Below are positions 26,309 through 40,349 of a stretch of 64,000 bases of DNA, piece by piece. The stretch is from contig OZ024746.1 in the NCBI GenBank assembly GCA_964016885.1, positions 5,952,001 through 6,016,000 of the forward strand, read 5' to 3'. The stretch comes from Eledone cirrhosa (Eukaryota). Numbering within the stretch: the first letter of the stretch is position 1; every line of letters starts with the position of its first letter. The notes under the pieces were generated by a model. That model did not search any database. It was not told where the DNA came from and saw only the letters and a list, made by a program, of their open reading frames with translations. The position numbers and the translations under genes were made by a program.

Positions 26309-27139
26309 CAGTGGCGGACTGGCCAGGTTGCCAAGTCACCCAATGGCAAGTGGGCCACATGGGGCCCACGGTAGCACTGCAAGAGCCCACAGTAGTATTG
26401 TAGGGCCCATTGTAGTATATTAGGGGCTAATGCTTTGCTTTCATAAAATACCTGAAATCTAAGAAAAAGAGATGGGGAGAGAGAGACTAGAGAGGGAGAA
26501 AGATATATATATAGAGAAAGAGAGATAGTAAGAGAGGTGAAATGAGGTGCAACAGAAATGAAAACTGGAGTACACGTTAAAATATAGTGGTAAGTACTAG
26601 AGACGGTGAGATTCTGGCCTTGGTTTCAATCCTGCTCAAGAAGTACATGTAAACTTTTTCAGTTTTTGTTTTACAACCCATATAAAAAAAAATGAAAACG
26701 TTTACCGGTAACCCTACTGCCGACCGGGTTCGAATTTCAGACAAGGTTCACCACAGGATATGATTCCTACAACTAGGCCACCGAGACCGCTATAAGAGCA
26801 CCATAAAAATTTATAATTATAAACCTACCTTCAAAATCAAAGTTAAAAAGACGTGGTATCGTTCATGGCTTTCCAAGAGCTATTATATTTTTTACTGGTA
26901 AAATATGTTTCCGTAAACATTTTATTGCACTCTTTTGTTTACACTTATATATTATAAAAATTAAATGATAGCATTCTATATGTAGGTGGACTCCTTCATT
27001 CTATATGTAGGTGGACCCCTTCATTCTATATGTAGGTGGGCCCCTTCATTCTATATGTAGGTGGACCCCTTCATTCTATATGTAGGTGGGCACCCTTCAT
27101 CTCCTGGGAACCAATGTTTTTAGACCCAGTCCGCCACTG
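26309..27139. mobile_element. non-autonomous hAT element (MITE)
   Basis: 14-bp TIR CAGTGGCGGACTGG/CCAGTCCGCCACTG; 8-bp TSD CATATCAC/CATATCAT; internal 25-bp tandem repeat at 26972-27100. Confidence 0.9.
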
Positions 27140-27677
27140 CATATCATTTCCTCCCACTTACTCCACTCCAATTTTCCTTACCCCATCTATTTTTCTATCA
27201 AATTACATTAATATTTAGTCTTCCCCACCACCACTCTATGAGTTTTACACATGTACACCCACCTATCCTTCTTTCCCATCCCCGTTCCCTTTCTTCCTCA
27301 CTCACCTATTTCATTATTCGCTCCCTCTTTCTCCTGACGAATTCATACCACAATCCAGACCACCACCCAGGTCACCTATGCCGCTCCCTCTTTCTTCTGA
27401 CAAATCCCCAAATAGGTCACTCTTCCACTCCCCTCTTTCTATCTATATCTATTCCCCTTTGTTTTGTTGTATATTTTGTCAACGTCCTCACCTGACTATT
27501 AAATCTATCCAGTTCTACAGATGTAGCCAGTCAAACGACATCTGCTCTTCAACAAGCTATCGTTCCCACATTTTTCCTTATTTCTTCTACTTTAATAAAT
27601 AGTTTAACCAGAAATCTCAAACTCGCTCCTTTCTTCCTATTCGGTGTCATTATATTGCCAAACTTATATTGCCAAAA

Positions 27678-27868
27678 GGCGGTGGATTGGCAGTATCAGT
27701 AGAGGGTCGGACGCCATGCTTTGACGCATAGAGTGACGCCCCTTTCCATTCTGAGTTCAAATCCCGCCGAGGTTAACTTTGCCTTTGATCCTTACGGGGT
27801 CGATAAAATAAAGTACCAGTAATGCACTGGGTAATTGCTGGCCTTGTGCCAAAAGTAGAAACAATTAT
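27678..27868 (+). mobile_element. SINE family A, full length
   Basis: Consensus match. ATTATATTGCCAAACT occurs on both sides (27649 and 27864), a possible target duplication. Confidence 0.85.
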
Positions 27869-28009
27869 ATTGCCAAACTCCGCCTACCCACGTTATTTAT
27901 ATTTTTGTGCGCAAAGTTTGTCAACCACGTGTTATCTTTCTCATTTCTTGTTTATTTGGTTTAAAACAGTAAAGTTTAAATTGGTTAGTCCCCTTTCATT
28001 TTATTTCCC

Positions 28010-28166
<157 letters not shown>

Positions 28167-28249
28167 TCGACACAGTGTAAACACCCACTGTATATATATA
28201 TGTGTGTGTGTGTGTGCGTGTGCTTTCATCTATATATGTATATGTATAT

Positions 28250-28840
28250 GGTGGTTGCCAACTCGTTTTCGAGTACGGCCACTACTTTATATCCATGTAG
28301 GAGAACCCCTACCGATGCGCTGAACGAGTGTGACTTTTTAGTCCAGCCTGCGACTTGAAAACTCTGGTACAAACACTACACTTGTGACAATTATTGACAC
28401 ATGGTGCTGGGCCCATGGTACCATGTGACGACAAGTGCAGAGAGATCTCCAGATATAAAGCAATGCCTGTGCCGTGAAGCTTTTATAGTGAGCAAAGGCA
28501 CTGCACAAAGCCAGTCCCACTCTCTTAACCAAGATGATATTTACCAAAAAGAAGAACAAGTCAACATCATTGGATACCGTCAGGTCACCAGTTAGTGCTA
28601 CTGGTAACATGCATCCCAGTACAACCTGTCTCATGGTCGGGTCGTTGGCGACTAAACTGGCAACCCCACCAAGGTTTCTTGGTGAAGAGGGTGACTTTGG
28701 ACATCCTGCAGGACTAAAAACAAAACCTGTCAAAGGGCAAAGGAGCTCTTAAGAGTCAATGGCCATCCAAAATCACCGGGAGAGATGACCCCTTAGCCTT
28801 TGTCAAGGCAGAATTCTAGGAGAAGGAAAACTCTGATATA
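28250..28840 (+). mobile_element. non-coding repeat ending in an RTE-like 5'UTR motif
   Basis: Ends in AGGCAGAATTCTAGGAGAAGGAAAACTCTGA, which resembles an RTE 5'UTR motif (from memory); second copy at 59070-59527. Confidence 0.55.
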
Positions 28841-29987
28841 ACATATGTATATACATACATATATACATACATATATCTATATATATATCTATGTGTGTGT
28901 GTGTGTGCATGTGTGTTTGCATGTGTGTGTATGTGTGTGCATATGTGTGTCCGTATATGTATGTGTGTGTGTGAGAGCGCGTGCGCGCATGCACAAGGAA
29001 AAAAAACCCAAAAGATTGGGGAAACATTTCAAATTCGTGAGATTAGAAATGTTCACAGGAAAAAGAAATTATCCACAATTGTTCTTAGCTGTAGGCAAAA
29101 TTGCTTTCGTTTTATAAGATATGGTAAAGAGTTGATCAGAATCAAAATTAATTAAATGGCTTTAAAATAGGAATGGTTGAGGTATTTTTCCAGAAGGTCT
29201 ATATTGATAAGGATCGACAGAACTAAAGAATCACCACTCTAAGTTACATTAATATTAATGAGTCGATAAGGAAGACTTTATCTAGTTGATTAACTTGCTA
29301 GAAATGAATCAAACGCTACCGTCTTAGATAACACACAAAGGAAATATTGGACAATATAGTCCGAGGTGGATTTAAAATAATAGGATGGTCCACGATGGAA
29401 TGTTGTTTGATGATCAACAACAGCAACAACTTTGTCTACCATGAACCAATGAAAGACCATTCGCATTATCGCTCCAACTGGTACTTTATTTTATCGAACC
29501 CGTAAGGATGGAAGGCAAAGTTAACCTCGGTCGGACTTGAACTCAGATCGTAAAGGGACGTAACTATTGCTGGAAAGCATGTCCGATTTTCTACCGATAC
29601 TTCCAATTCACCACTCTGTGGCAATAATGACCAATTTTTGTCTTGAAATTTTAACTCATTGTCTTCAAACAAAAGGATGGGCTGAACATTATAGTCTAGG
29701 ATATAATAAAACCCAAAACAACACAAACAAGATGGTTTCCAATGAAATGCCTTTGATAGTAAGTACGCTCAACCAGGGCGGAAAAGTGAGTAAAAGTCAA
29801 TGATACCTTTACCAATCGTGATTGAATACAATTCATCTCTAACTCCTTTGTTGAAATAATTCTGTGACCGACAAATAATAAGATTTGAATTATTCTTAAT
29901 CTTTGTTTCTTTGTTTTTTTTTTTTTTTTTTGTTTTGTTTTTTTTGTATGTTAAAAAAATAAGTTCGTTTATCACAGGGGAAGTAAA

Positions 29988-30099
29988 ACCGCTGCAATAA
30001 CTGTGTGAATCAGAGAGTGGAATATGTTGAATAAAATCATAATTAACTGATCCTCTTGTATTTTCTTTTACCCAAAACCAGGAACTTTTCAGCACCTCA
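29988..30099 (-). mobile_element. mariner-like element terminus
   Basis: Minus strand: GAGGTGCTGAAAAGTTCCTGG...AAAATACAAGAGGATCAGTTAATTATGATTTTATTCAACATATTCC; homologs at 30426 and 62564. Confidence 0.6.
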
Positions 30100-30196
30100 G
30101 TAACTTTAAATTGTAAAACACAAAGGAAAAGAAAGCTGCGAAGGATATAAATACCACAAATGAGATGAAAAGGAATGAAAGAACAAGGATTTGTAA

Positions 30197-30390
30197 AGGC
30201 GGTGGATTGGCAGTATCGGTAGAGCGTTAGACACCATGCTTTGCAGCATGGAGTTATGACATCTTTACGTTCTGAGTTCAAATCCCGCCGATGTTAACTT
30301 TGCCTTTCATCCTTACTGGGTCGTTAAAATAAAAGTGCCAGTAATACAATGGATAATTGCTGGCCTTGTGCCAAAAGTAGAAACAATTGT
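30197..30390 (+). mobile_element. SINE family A
   Basis: Consensus match. Confidence 0.85.
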
Positions 30391-30425
30391 TAGTAGTATA
30401 TAAATTCATGAAGGGCTCTCTATTA

Positions 30426-30540
30426 TACCGAGGTGCTGAAATGTTTCTGGCTTTAGGTAAAAGAAAATACAGGAGGATCAGTTAATTATGATTTTATTCA
30501 ACATAATCTCCTTTCAGATTCACACAGTTATTGCACACAA
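30426..30540 (+). mobile_element. mariner-like element terminus
   Basis: TACCGAGGTGCTGAAATGTTTCTGGCTT...; same family as 29988-30099. Confidence 0.6.
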
Positions 30541-31144
30541 CACTTTGAGAGAACACCATCTCTGAATTTCGTGACACAAAATTACCTTAATTTCCGTAGA
30601 ATGGCAGCATCAAGTTCAAAGAACGAAATTCACCTAGATTTATCTCCAGATATAACTGCTAAGGTGACGAATTGCCAGAGTCGTTAGAACGTCAGATAGC
30701 ATTCTTTGCGGCAATGACTCCGGGTCTTTGAGTTCAAACCCCGCCGAGGTCAACTTTTCCTTTCATTCTTTTGAGGTCGATTAAAAAAAGTAACAGTCTA
30801 GTACTGGCGTCGATTCTTCCTCTATATCTCTTCCTCACTTCCTCTCAATTACTTTCTATCCTTCTCTGGAATAAATCTGCTGTGTTTAGACCTGATTTAA
30901 AAGCCCTAGAAACGCAGTATATCACTACAGTGCTCCTATGACTCTACCGGGAGTTATGGGATATTCATTCATGCAAATTGATTGATTTTCTCCCGTTTCA
31001 AATGTAAATTTCAAACGGTCCAGTTGGTTTTGTTCGTATTTATAAATTCGGTTTCATTTGTTTTATCTCTTTTGTGTTACCTATTTTCGTTTCTTTATTG
31101 TACAAACATTAAAGTGTATACACAATTGTATAAACATTAATATA

Positions 31145-31203
<59 letters not shown>

Positions 31204-33242
31204 CTGTGTAAACATTGAAATGTGAATGTTTTTGTAATGTTCTTGTTGGCTTCCTAACCTCTTGTGACGATTTCATGACTTCATTTGTCCTATATGTTGT
31301 ATGAATATCTGTGGAGACTCTTACTTAAACTGAACAAAAAAAATCTTTCGTAAAAAATTCTTTTTCTGCCATTTCCGTGTGAAGTCTTATTTCCATTCTG
31401 GCAATGTTGTTAGATTTAGTCTATACAATGCAGAGAGCTCTTTAAAGCACGTCCATTTTGTTGTTATTCAACCCAGGTTTTTTTATTTACCTTATTATAA
31501 TTCAATGTCGACTTGAATACGTGTATTTCGCTTCGTTCCTCGCTGCTTATTAGTTTTGACTTGGCTTTAACAAAGATATTCCAGCTATTAGGTGTCATTA
31601 TTACGTGTATGAGCCATACAAACCTTCTTATAAAGCAAGTGATTAAACAAATGTAATTGTGTTTTGAAAAAACCCCAGATTTATAGACCTTGTGGACATT
31701 GTTTTGGCTCGAGTAAATTTATAATGTTGTCATCGAAACAGCAAAACAGCACATGGAGAAACACACACACATACTCACACACACATACACACACACACAC
31801 GCTCGGATAAATACACAAATAAATACACGCATACATACTTACAGAGAAATAACCCCCCACACACACAGGCAACACACAAAACGGATTTTACAGTGGAATA
31901 AAAATTCTTCGAATATTGGTGCTTATGTTATTTGAAAGAGAAAATGTATTGATTATTTCTCAAAAGCTAGTTGGTAACAACAACAACAACAATATAAAAT
32001 ATACCATCAACACCCACAGAGAGTCACAAACGTCGCTAAGCGAAAATTGTAATATTGGAGCTAGTTTTATTTACATAGTTTCCAGCAAGCAACATTTGAA
32101 TATAGAGAACTTACAATGGAATGACAAACAGTGTCAACATCGTATTAAAAATATATCTCATTGCCTGAAGAATTTATTCAGAAGCAAACAGGAAGGAAGC
32201 TAATCTCTTATTATTTCACAAGAAGGAGATTATTATCTGACATCTAAAAGCAAATTAAAAAAGCTCTATCAGATATTTGGGTTGATATATTATTCATGGA
32301 CTGGACACGGTTAGACTTCCTTCGTCTTTGTTTTTTCTCCTTCCTCCTATTTTTCTTTTGTGTACTGTTGTAACGTTGTGCCAATTATCTTCGGTTACCA
32401 TTTGGTCTTCACCCTGGCAAATAGAACTGACTGTACAGGGCAAAAACCGAAAATTGTTACCCTTGTAGCAGCAAAAGCCATTTGAGGGCTTTCTGCCCCC
32501 GAAGAACGGATAAAACAAAAGAAGAGTGCACAGATGACAGAGGATACTGCACCAGTAGCACTACCAATTATAACACCAGTTGCAACCAAACAGTTGATCG
32601 GTGAATCCACCTCATCCCCGATCACAGAATAAATAATACAGAAGCAGACGATATTATTATAGTGTCACCTTATCATACTGAGACATTCTCTCCCAGCCCG
32701 GAGATGGCAGAGGAGGCTATCTCGTGCGTTGTCCGTCACAGAAGCAGAGGATCATATTATAGTGCCACATTATTTATTTGCCAAGGCGAAGACCAAATGG
32801 AAACTGAAGATAATTGGCACAACATTACGAAGAAAGTCTAACCGTGTCAGGAAGTTGTCAAAACACAACCAAATCATTGGAAACTGTTCTAATACACGGC
32901 CGTCAGAATCAGCAACTGTCGTCTGCTAAAACTTCATCAGTTAAAAATATACACAACACCTCCTCCCAATATGAGAGTGGATCAACAGTTAGAGAATTCT
33001 TTAATGAAAACTCTTGATAGACTGGCTTTATAGTTTTAACAACGACGAAATATATGAAAGAGTATAGACTTTTGTCCTGAATATGTGAATTATTTCATCG
33101 ATGAGTCTACTGGAGAAAAGCTTCCGCAGAAGAAGATAATTTAGAGGACAAGCAGAAATGAAGGGTGTTTTAAGTTGACCTAACTAGGAGATCCTCACCC
33201 GTGTTTGTACGAGTAACCTCAAATGGTTTTCATGTGATATGA

Positions 33243-34866
33243 TAATTGTTTCTACTTTTGGCACAAGGCCAGCAATTACCCAGTGTATTACTGGTACTTT
33301 ATTTTATCGACCCCGTAAGGATGAAAGGCAAAGTTAACCTCGGCGGGATTTGAACTCAGGATGACAAGGGCCGTAACTCTATACGTCAAAGCATGGCGTC
33401 CGACCGATACTGCCAATCCATGATAATGTATCTTGTTATTATTGTATGTTTGATTAACAGTATCGGTAGAGGGTCTGACGCCATGCTTTGCAGCTAAGAG
33501 TTACGGCCCTTTATGGTCTGAGTTCAAATCCCGCCGAGGTTAACTTTACGGGTCGATAAAATAAAGCACCAGTAATACACTGGGATAATTTCTGGCCTTG
33601 TACCAAAAGTAGAAACAATTATTGTATGTTTGATAATGTTTATATATTTCATGTTTTTATTAAATTTAATATATCTGTTCGATACCGTAATTGTCTTTAC
33701 CTCCGTTTTTATATAACTTTTCTTTACAACATTTATAATATTCCATGTGTAAGTCTTTGTAGCTAACATTCGAAAGAATTATAACTATTGTTATCGCTCT
33801 ACTATTGTTATGCAGTGTAGTGGGATAATGCAACGGGGTGTTTAGTTATCTGTCAAGTCGCAACATGGACTTTAAACACATAATAATTTCTTTAAAATGT
33901 GCGCAGTATACAGAAAAGCCGTCTTTTGTATGACATCCCCAACATGTATGGTATTCCCAGTCACTTTATGAAGTCTTGAAGTTTCAATGAGTTTAACCTT
34001 AATGCAAGATCACAACTGGTATCATTTTCATATTACCATCTTGCCGGGGTCGATAAAATAAAGCACCAGAATGCACTGGGATAATTGCTGGCCTTCTGCA
34101 AAAAGGAGAAACGTGCGGTGAATTGGCAGTATCGGTAGAGGGTTGGACGCCATGCTTTGCAGCATAGAGTTACGCCCCTTTATGGTCTGAGTTCAAATGC
34201 CGCCGAGGTTAACTTTGCCTTTCATCCTTACGGGGTCGACAAAATAAAGTACCAGTAATACACTGAAATAATTGCTGGCCTTGTGCCAAAAGTAGAAACA
34301 ATTATTATTATTACTGTTACTATTTTTAATTTCTTTCATTATTGTTTCTGAGATATATGCCGAGTGTCTTCCTGACACCTAGGACAAATAGATTCACAGT
34401 GTGCATTGGTAAGCCAGTTAGTACAGCACATATACATTTATACACATGTGCATATGCATATGTAAATACAAGGAGGGATATCAATCTTACAGAGATAGTG
34501 CTCTTCTCTTATTATTATTATTTAGGGTGGTGGATTGGCAGTATCAGTAGAGGGTCGGACACCATGCTTTGCAGCAAAGAGTTACGCCCCTTTATGGTCT
34601 GAGTTCAAATCCCGCCGAGGTTAACTTTGCCTTTCATTCTTACAGGGTCGATAAAATAAAGTACTAGTAATACACTGCGATAATTGCTGGCCTTGTGCAA
34701 AAAGTAGAAACAATTATTATTATTATTATACGTCTCTTTATGGTCAGAGTTCAAATCCCGTCGAGGTTAACTTTGCCTTTCATCCTTACGGGGTCGATAA
34801 AATAAAGTACCAGTAATGTACTGAGTAATTGCTGGCCTTGTGCCAAAAGTAGAAACAATTATTATT
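33243..34866. mobile_element. cluster of SINE family A copies
   Basis: Copies at ~33243-33420 (-), 33458-33620 (+), 34045-34112 (+, partial), 34115-34305 (+), 34525-34720 (+) and 34730-34866 (+, partial). Confidence 0.85.
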
Positions 34867-34879
34867 ATTTTTAATATTA

Positions 34880-35957
34880 CAGCTACATTTATCTTGCTTT
34901 ATGTTCATACGAGTTATCACCAAGTCACAACCAGTGACCTCAAGAGACAACAAGGTCCGCCATGTTCAACAAAGAACATACATACACACACATGCATCTC
35001 AAGGTGTTTAGACTTGTGATGTACTTATATTGACAGAATCTTCCTTAGTATATGGGCAGTTCCCATTACTACTATCTTTTGTATTTCTCCTAAATTGGGA
35101 TTTGCGATAAGTAATCATTAGACCCCTTAGGTATCATTCCTAGAGCGCCTACAACCACTGGTATTGTTTTAGTTCTCAATTTCCACATTTTTCCAATTTC
35201 TATCTCCAGGTCCTTATACTTGCTCAATTTTTTCAAATGTTTTTATAGATACATTCTTGTCTATTGGAACGGACATATCAATTAGAAGGCATACCCTCTT
35301 TTTAAAGTCCTTCAGTATTATATCAGGTCTATTTGCATCTATTTTTCGGTCTGTTTGGATGCTAAAGTTCCACAATATTGAGATGTGATCTTTTTCAAGT
35401 ATGGGAGGTGGTTGATGCTCCCACCAATTCTTTTGATGGGGCAGGTCAAAATGCTTACACATTATCCAATGTATTATTGTGCAGCTCTGTCATGCCTGTT
35501 TAGGTATTCGGTTGGGGCTATAGGACTGCACATTGAAATTATATGATCAATGGTCTCTGGTTGTTTCTTACATACACAGCATAATGGGTTGCATCCATTT
35601 TTTATTACGTTGGCTTGGTAATTTTTTGTTGGCAGACACTGATCTTGTGCTGATATAATCAGTCCTTCAGTCTCCGATTTCAGTCCAGAGGATGCCAACC
35701 ACTGATGGGTTAAAGTTTTGTCAACATCAGGATTGTTAGCTCTTTCTGGGTATTTTCCATACAGAGGCTTTTCTTGCCATTTCTTAGCCAGTTTCTGTAG
35801 CAGTTCTTTCTTTGCAGTTACTTTTACCGGCTTTGCTTTTTCTGTGTTTTCCATTTCAGCAGTAAATGGGACTTCTGAAATTTGTAGTCCATTACTGTAT
35901 CTTTGTGCATCTTTTGTAATGGAGTATGATCTTTTGATGCTTTCGTGTTTCAAAACA
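34880..35957 (-). mobile_element. Dong/R4-clade LINE, 5'-truncated (CCHC knuckle plus restriction-like endonuclease)
   Basis: WQEKPLYGKY, LKSETEGLIISAQDQ, C..C....ETIDHIIS.C, RHD, NRPDI, LLIDMSVP, IPVVVGALG; flanked by (TAA)n. Confidence 0.9.
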
Positions 35958-35960
35958 TTA

Positions 35961-36020
<60 letters not shown>
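35958..36020. repeat. (TAA)n tract
   Basis: Visible; abuts the 5' truncation point of the Dong/R4 element. Confidence 0.95.
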
Positions 36021-36021
<1 letters not shown>

Positions 36022-36458
36022 AGTATCGGTTAGAGCGTTGGATAACATGATTTGCATCATAGAGTTACATCCCTTTACGATCTCAGTTCAAATCCCGTCG
36101 AAGTTAGCTTTGCTTTTCATACATTTGGGGTCGATAAAATAAATTGCCAGTAATGTACTGGAGTCTATTTAAGCGACTTTCCCCTCCCCCCCAAAAAAAA
36201 CTGTTGGCTTTGTGCCTGAATCAGAAACCATTATTATTGTTTTTTCTTTATGATATTTGCTGTCATTTTAGAGGTGGTGATTGTAGAGGAAATTTTAGTT
36301 TAACATTTTCTATAAGCTCATAGAATACAGCAAAACATTTGCTGACAGTTTGCCCGTTATGAGTGGGGCTTCAGTCAGAAATGTAAAGAGTATGAATTGA
36401 ATCAAGAACGCACAAGTCAATCCTATTGAATATATACATATACATACATACACATAAG

Positions 36459-36490
<32 letters not shown>

Positions 36491-36494
36491 CATG

Positions 36495-36585
<91 letters not shown>

Positions 36586-37646
36586 GACAAAAAAATGTGA
36601 TGACTGCTGCTTATCAATGATTCCAAATACAATGTAATACTATTCGATAGTATTCCATTTATTGCAGATAAGTCAATAAATGTTCTTGGCGATTGCAACC
36701 TTCTAAATACAAGTTTTCGTAGGGAAAAGAAAAAAAATCAATAATTGAAGGTACATTTTATAGTAATTTGGACAATGAAGAATGTCTCGATAAAAGGAAT
36801 TATGAATCTATGACTTGGCAATATTTTGGTAGTTCTGGAGATGTTCTAGGTTTTGGTAATCTACAAATCTCTTAATCGGCTTTGTTAGTAAATAAGAAAT
36901 GTCGATAAAAGACATGGAACATGATTCAAATTGGCATAAATACATGCCATGAAAAGTTATGAGAGAACAATGCCAATATCTTACTGGAATGAACAGCTCC
37001 GAGAAATCTTTAAGCAGCAAATATATATAATTCCCGTACATCCGACAACATAGCTGCACAACACGTAACATTAAAATACATTATTTCGGGTACTTACAGC
37101 AGACAACGTAATATTTTGTTATTTAATCATGTGAGGGCGGAAGGCAGTGAATTAACAGAGTTGTCAGAACGTCTGATGTGTCTCGGTTCTCGACTCTTTG
37201 AGTTCAAATCAGGCCGAGGTCAAGTTTGCCTTGCATCCTTTCAAGGTCGATAAAAAAGTACCAGTCTAGTAGTGGTGGCAGATTCTTCCTCTATTATCTA
37301 TATTTTCATTTCCACTCTCTCAATTTCTTTATCCTTCTCTGGATGAAATCTTATATATTCACTGCCTGGAGAGGGGATGGGCTCTTCCAGGCTTTAACAA
37401 AAATGCCCTAGAAACGGTGCACGGGACCAAACCTTATGTTACCATGTGAGGGCAATGGATTGGCAGTATGGAAAGGGCTTGGACAAAATAATTTGTGGCT
37501 TTAGTTACAGCCACTCACGGAGAGACCTCATATTGCATGAATATGTGGTGATTGATGTCCCAAGTGGTCACAGCAGGGTACATTTCCAATAGAGAGTTTG
37601 CTTCCACCCATCGTGTGTATACACACACAAACACACACAAACACAC

Positions 37647-37729
<83 letters not shown>

Positions 37730-37868
37730 TAAATATACATGGGTATGTATGATTGTGTATAGAAGATTATATTAATAAAAGGAGTTCCAACTTTGTCTGA
37801 TTTACTCGTTTTATTTACAATCCTTTAAAATTTATAATGGTATTAGAATGAAATAGTATGGTAGAATA

Positions 37869-39497
37869 TTAAATGTTAAGTGTTAATTGAACAAATACTT
37901 TCATGCTTTCTCCAGCTATAGATCCTATGTAGTGCCATGCTAAGCTGCCTGAATTTATAGTACATAGGTATACTATATTAGACTCTAGGCGTCTATTATA
38001 CAATGGGCATTTGTCAGGTAGATGACAATTACATTTAGATGCTTTCCTATGTTCCGATTCCTCAATATGGTTTTTTAAATTATTATGTATGGGCATGTTG
38101 ATGTATTGTGGTGATGTGTTCTGATGTGTGTTTAGTTGTGATGATGTTATATGTTTATGTTTTGTATTTGGTGTTATGGTACTTATTTGCGGGTTACTTG
38201 TATTATAAATTCTTTTATAGTTAATTTTATGTATGTGCGATTCTATGTTATTGGCAGTGGAGTATGATAGCTTGATAGTTTTTCTATTAAAGATTTTATG
38301 ATATTTATGAATTTTAGGGAAGTGTTTGTCAACTAATTTGAGGAAAGTATAAGGTAGTTTTGTTTTTATAGAGGAGTTAAACACTGGATTGAACCATAAG
38401 TACTTTCTATCTCTACATCTTCTATAGTTGTTAGTGGTCTTTCTATTAGTATTCTATTCAATTAATTCACGTGCTTGTTGCCAATTTCTATGTTTCGTCC
38501 TAGATTTGTTGCTTCTATAGGTGTGGATAGTGTTATTTCTATTAAGTGTGTTGTTATTTTTTGTATTGGGTATGTATTTTAGTCTCTCTTTATGACCTGC
38601 CTTAAGTAAAGCTATGTTGTAGTAATTAGCGTATTCGTTAAAAATCTCTAGATTAGAAGATAGGCGTGAGATTCTAAGGGATATACTATGTGCTATGGAA
38701 TTAATTATGGATCGAGTTATAATTAATTATGGAATTAATTATGGATCGAGTTATAATTAATTATGGAATTAATTATGGATCGAGTTATAATTAATGTAAG
38801 CTAAATTTTCATTATTTTATGGAAGGATTCTATTAGTCCCGTGTTTAGGTTAAGTGATACATCTAAGAAGTAAGCTTTTTTAGAGCTGAGTTCAAAAGTG
38901 ATGTTAAGGCCTAATTTATTAAAGAATTTTCTAATCTTTTTCCGTAATCTTTCTAAGTTTTGATTATTTAGGTTTTTAGCTAAAAGCAATGTATCGTCTC
39001 TATAAATTCCTCCTTGTAGGTTATCAAATTCCTTATGTAAGATGGGTGCTATATAAATTCCGACAATGCCTGTAACTTGGGCTGAATCATTTGATCCCAT
39101 AGTTATATCGAAGTTATTCACTCTAGTTTTTCTTTCCCAGTAACTATTGTCGAATTTAATGATTGTTCTTCTAGCAGCTAGTATTATTTTAATTTCCTCT
39201 GGTGATAGGTCAGAGTTTTTTTGTGCAAAGGGTTACTAGAGGAGTAGTAGTCATTAATGTCAAACTGTATGAAGTCGGAAGATTCTCTATTGTCTAATTT
39301 ATTAAACCAATCTATTGTTTCATTAGTGTTTCCCCAGAGTTTGATTATTAGTTTTTCTTTAATTTGTGGTATTATTCTATCTAGTATAAACTATTCTGTC
39401 TATATCTGATTTTGATGGACATATTAATCTAATAGTAGGGTCAGTTGCGAAGTTACATTTATGATCCTTCAGATTAAAAGTGGGTTTACAAGGGGTT
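37869..39497 (-). mobile_element. Penelope-like element (Naiad-like), degraded RT plus GIY-YIG
   Basis: FDITMGSNDSAQVT, GGIYRDD, FLDVSLNL, KIFNRKTIKLSYS, KCNC...KCPL, IVY.C...YIGS; multiple stops; 34-bp internal tandem triplication at 38695-38795. Confidence 0.85.
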
Positions 39498-39932
39498 ATA
39501 CATATATATTTATTAAAATAACAGATTAAAGTTTAAGCAAAGAATCGCTGCTTTCACACTTAACGGGATCTTCTGTTATTTTAATAAATATTTGCTCTAG
39601 GGTTCTTATATATTTGATATATATTTTTCCTTATCGAGCCCTCTTTAGATTTTAGTCTTCACATTTATTATTGTTACTATATATATATATATAATAAAAT
39701 GTTATAGTTTGCTTGAAGAATTGTATATAATATATAACGTTGTATGTAATATAAAACGTTGTATATAATATATAACGTTGTATGTAATATAAAACGTTGT
39801 ATATAATATATAACGTTGAAAGAGATAGAAGGCTAAACAATACAAAAGGGACAGTAAGTTGCGGAAACGAAAAGTAAAAGTTACCTGGTAGTCTTTGTTT
39901 TGTTTTATTGTTGTTGTTGTTCTTTTATCTGT

Positions 39933-39968
39933 CCAATATTTCGGGACCTAAAAGTCCCTTCATCAGGG
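39933..39968 (-). ncRNA. hammerhead ribozyme core (weak stem I)
   Basis: Minus strand: CC-CTGATGA-A-GGGAC(TTTTAG)GTCCC-GAAA-TA-TT-GG. Confidence 0.6.
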
Positions 39969-40161
39969 TTTAAAGAACCTTCAGTGGAAAACGTCCCAAT
40001 TTCTTCTCTTTGGGATAAAATTTTGATTTTAATTTAATTTTTTTCTAAATCGTTTTCAATCGTTTTTGGATGGTTACTTCGCTTTCCATATGAATGACGT
40101 AATTGCTAATATTGTATTCCCCGAAATCAATTTTCTTTTATGTATATAATACAATATAAAT

Positions 40162-40349
40162 AGTTGTTTCTACTTTTGGCACAAGGCCAGCAAATTAACC
40201 AGTGCATTACTGGTACTTTATTTTATCGACCCCGTAAGGATGAAAGGCAAAGTTAACCTCGGCGGGATTTGAACTCAGAATGGCAAGGACCGTAACTCTA
40301 TGCGTCAAAGCATGGCGTCCGACTCTCTACCGATACTGCCAATCCACCC
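40162..40349 (-). mobile_element. SINE family A, full length
   Basis: Reverse consensus match. Confidence 0.85.
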
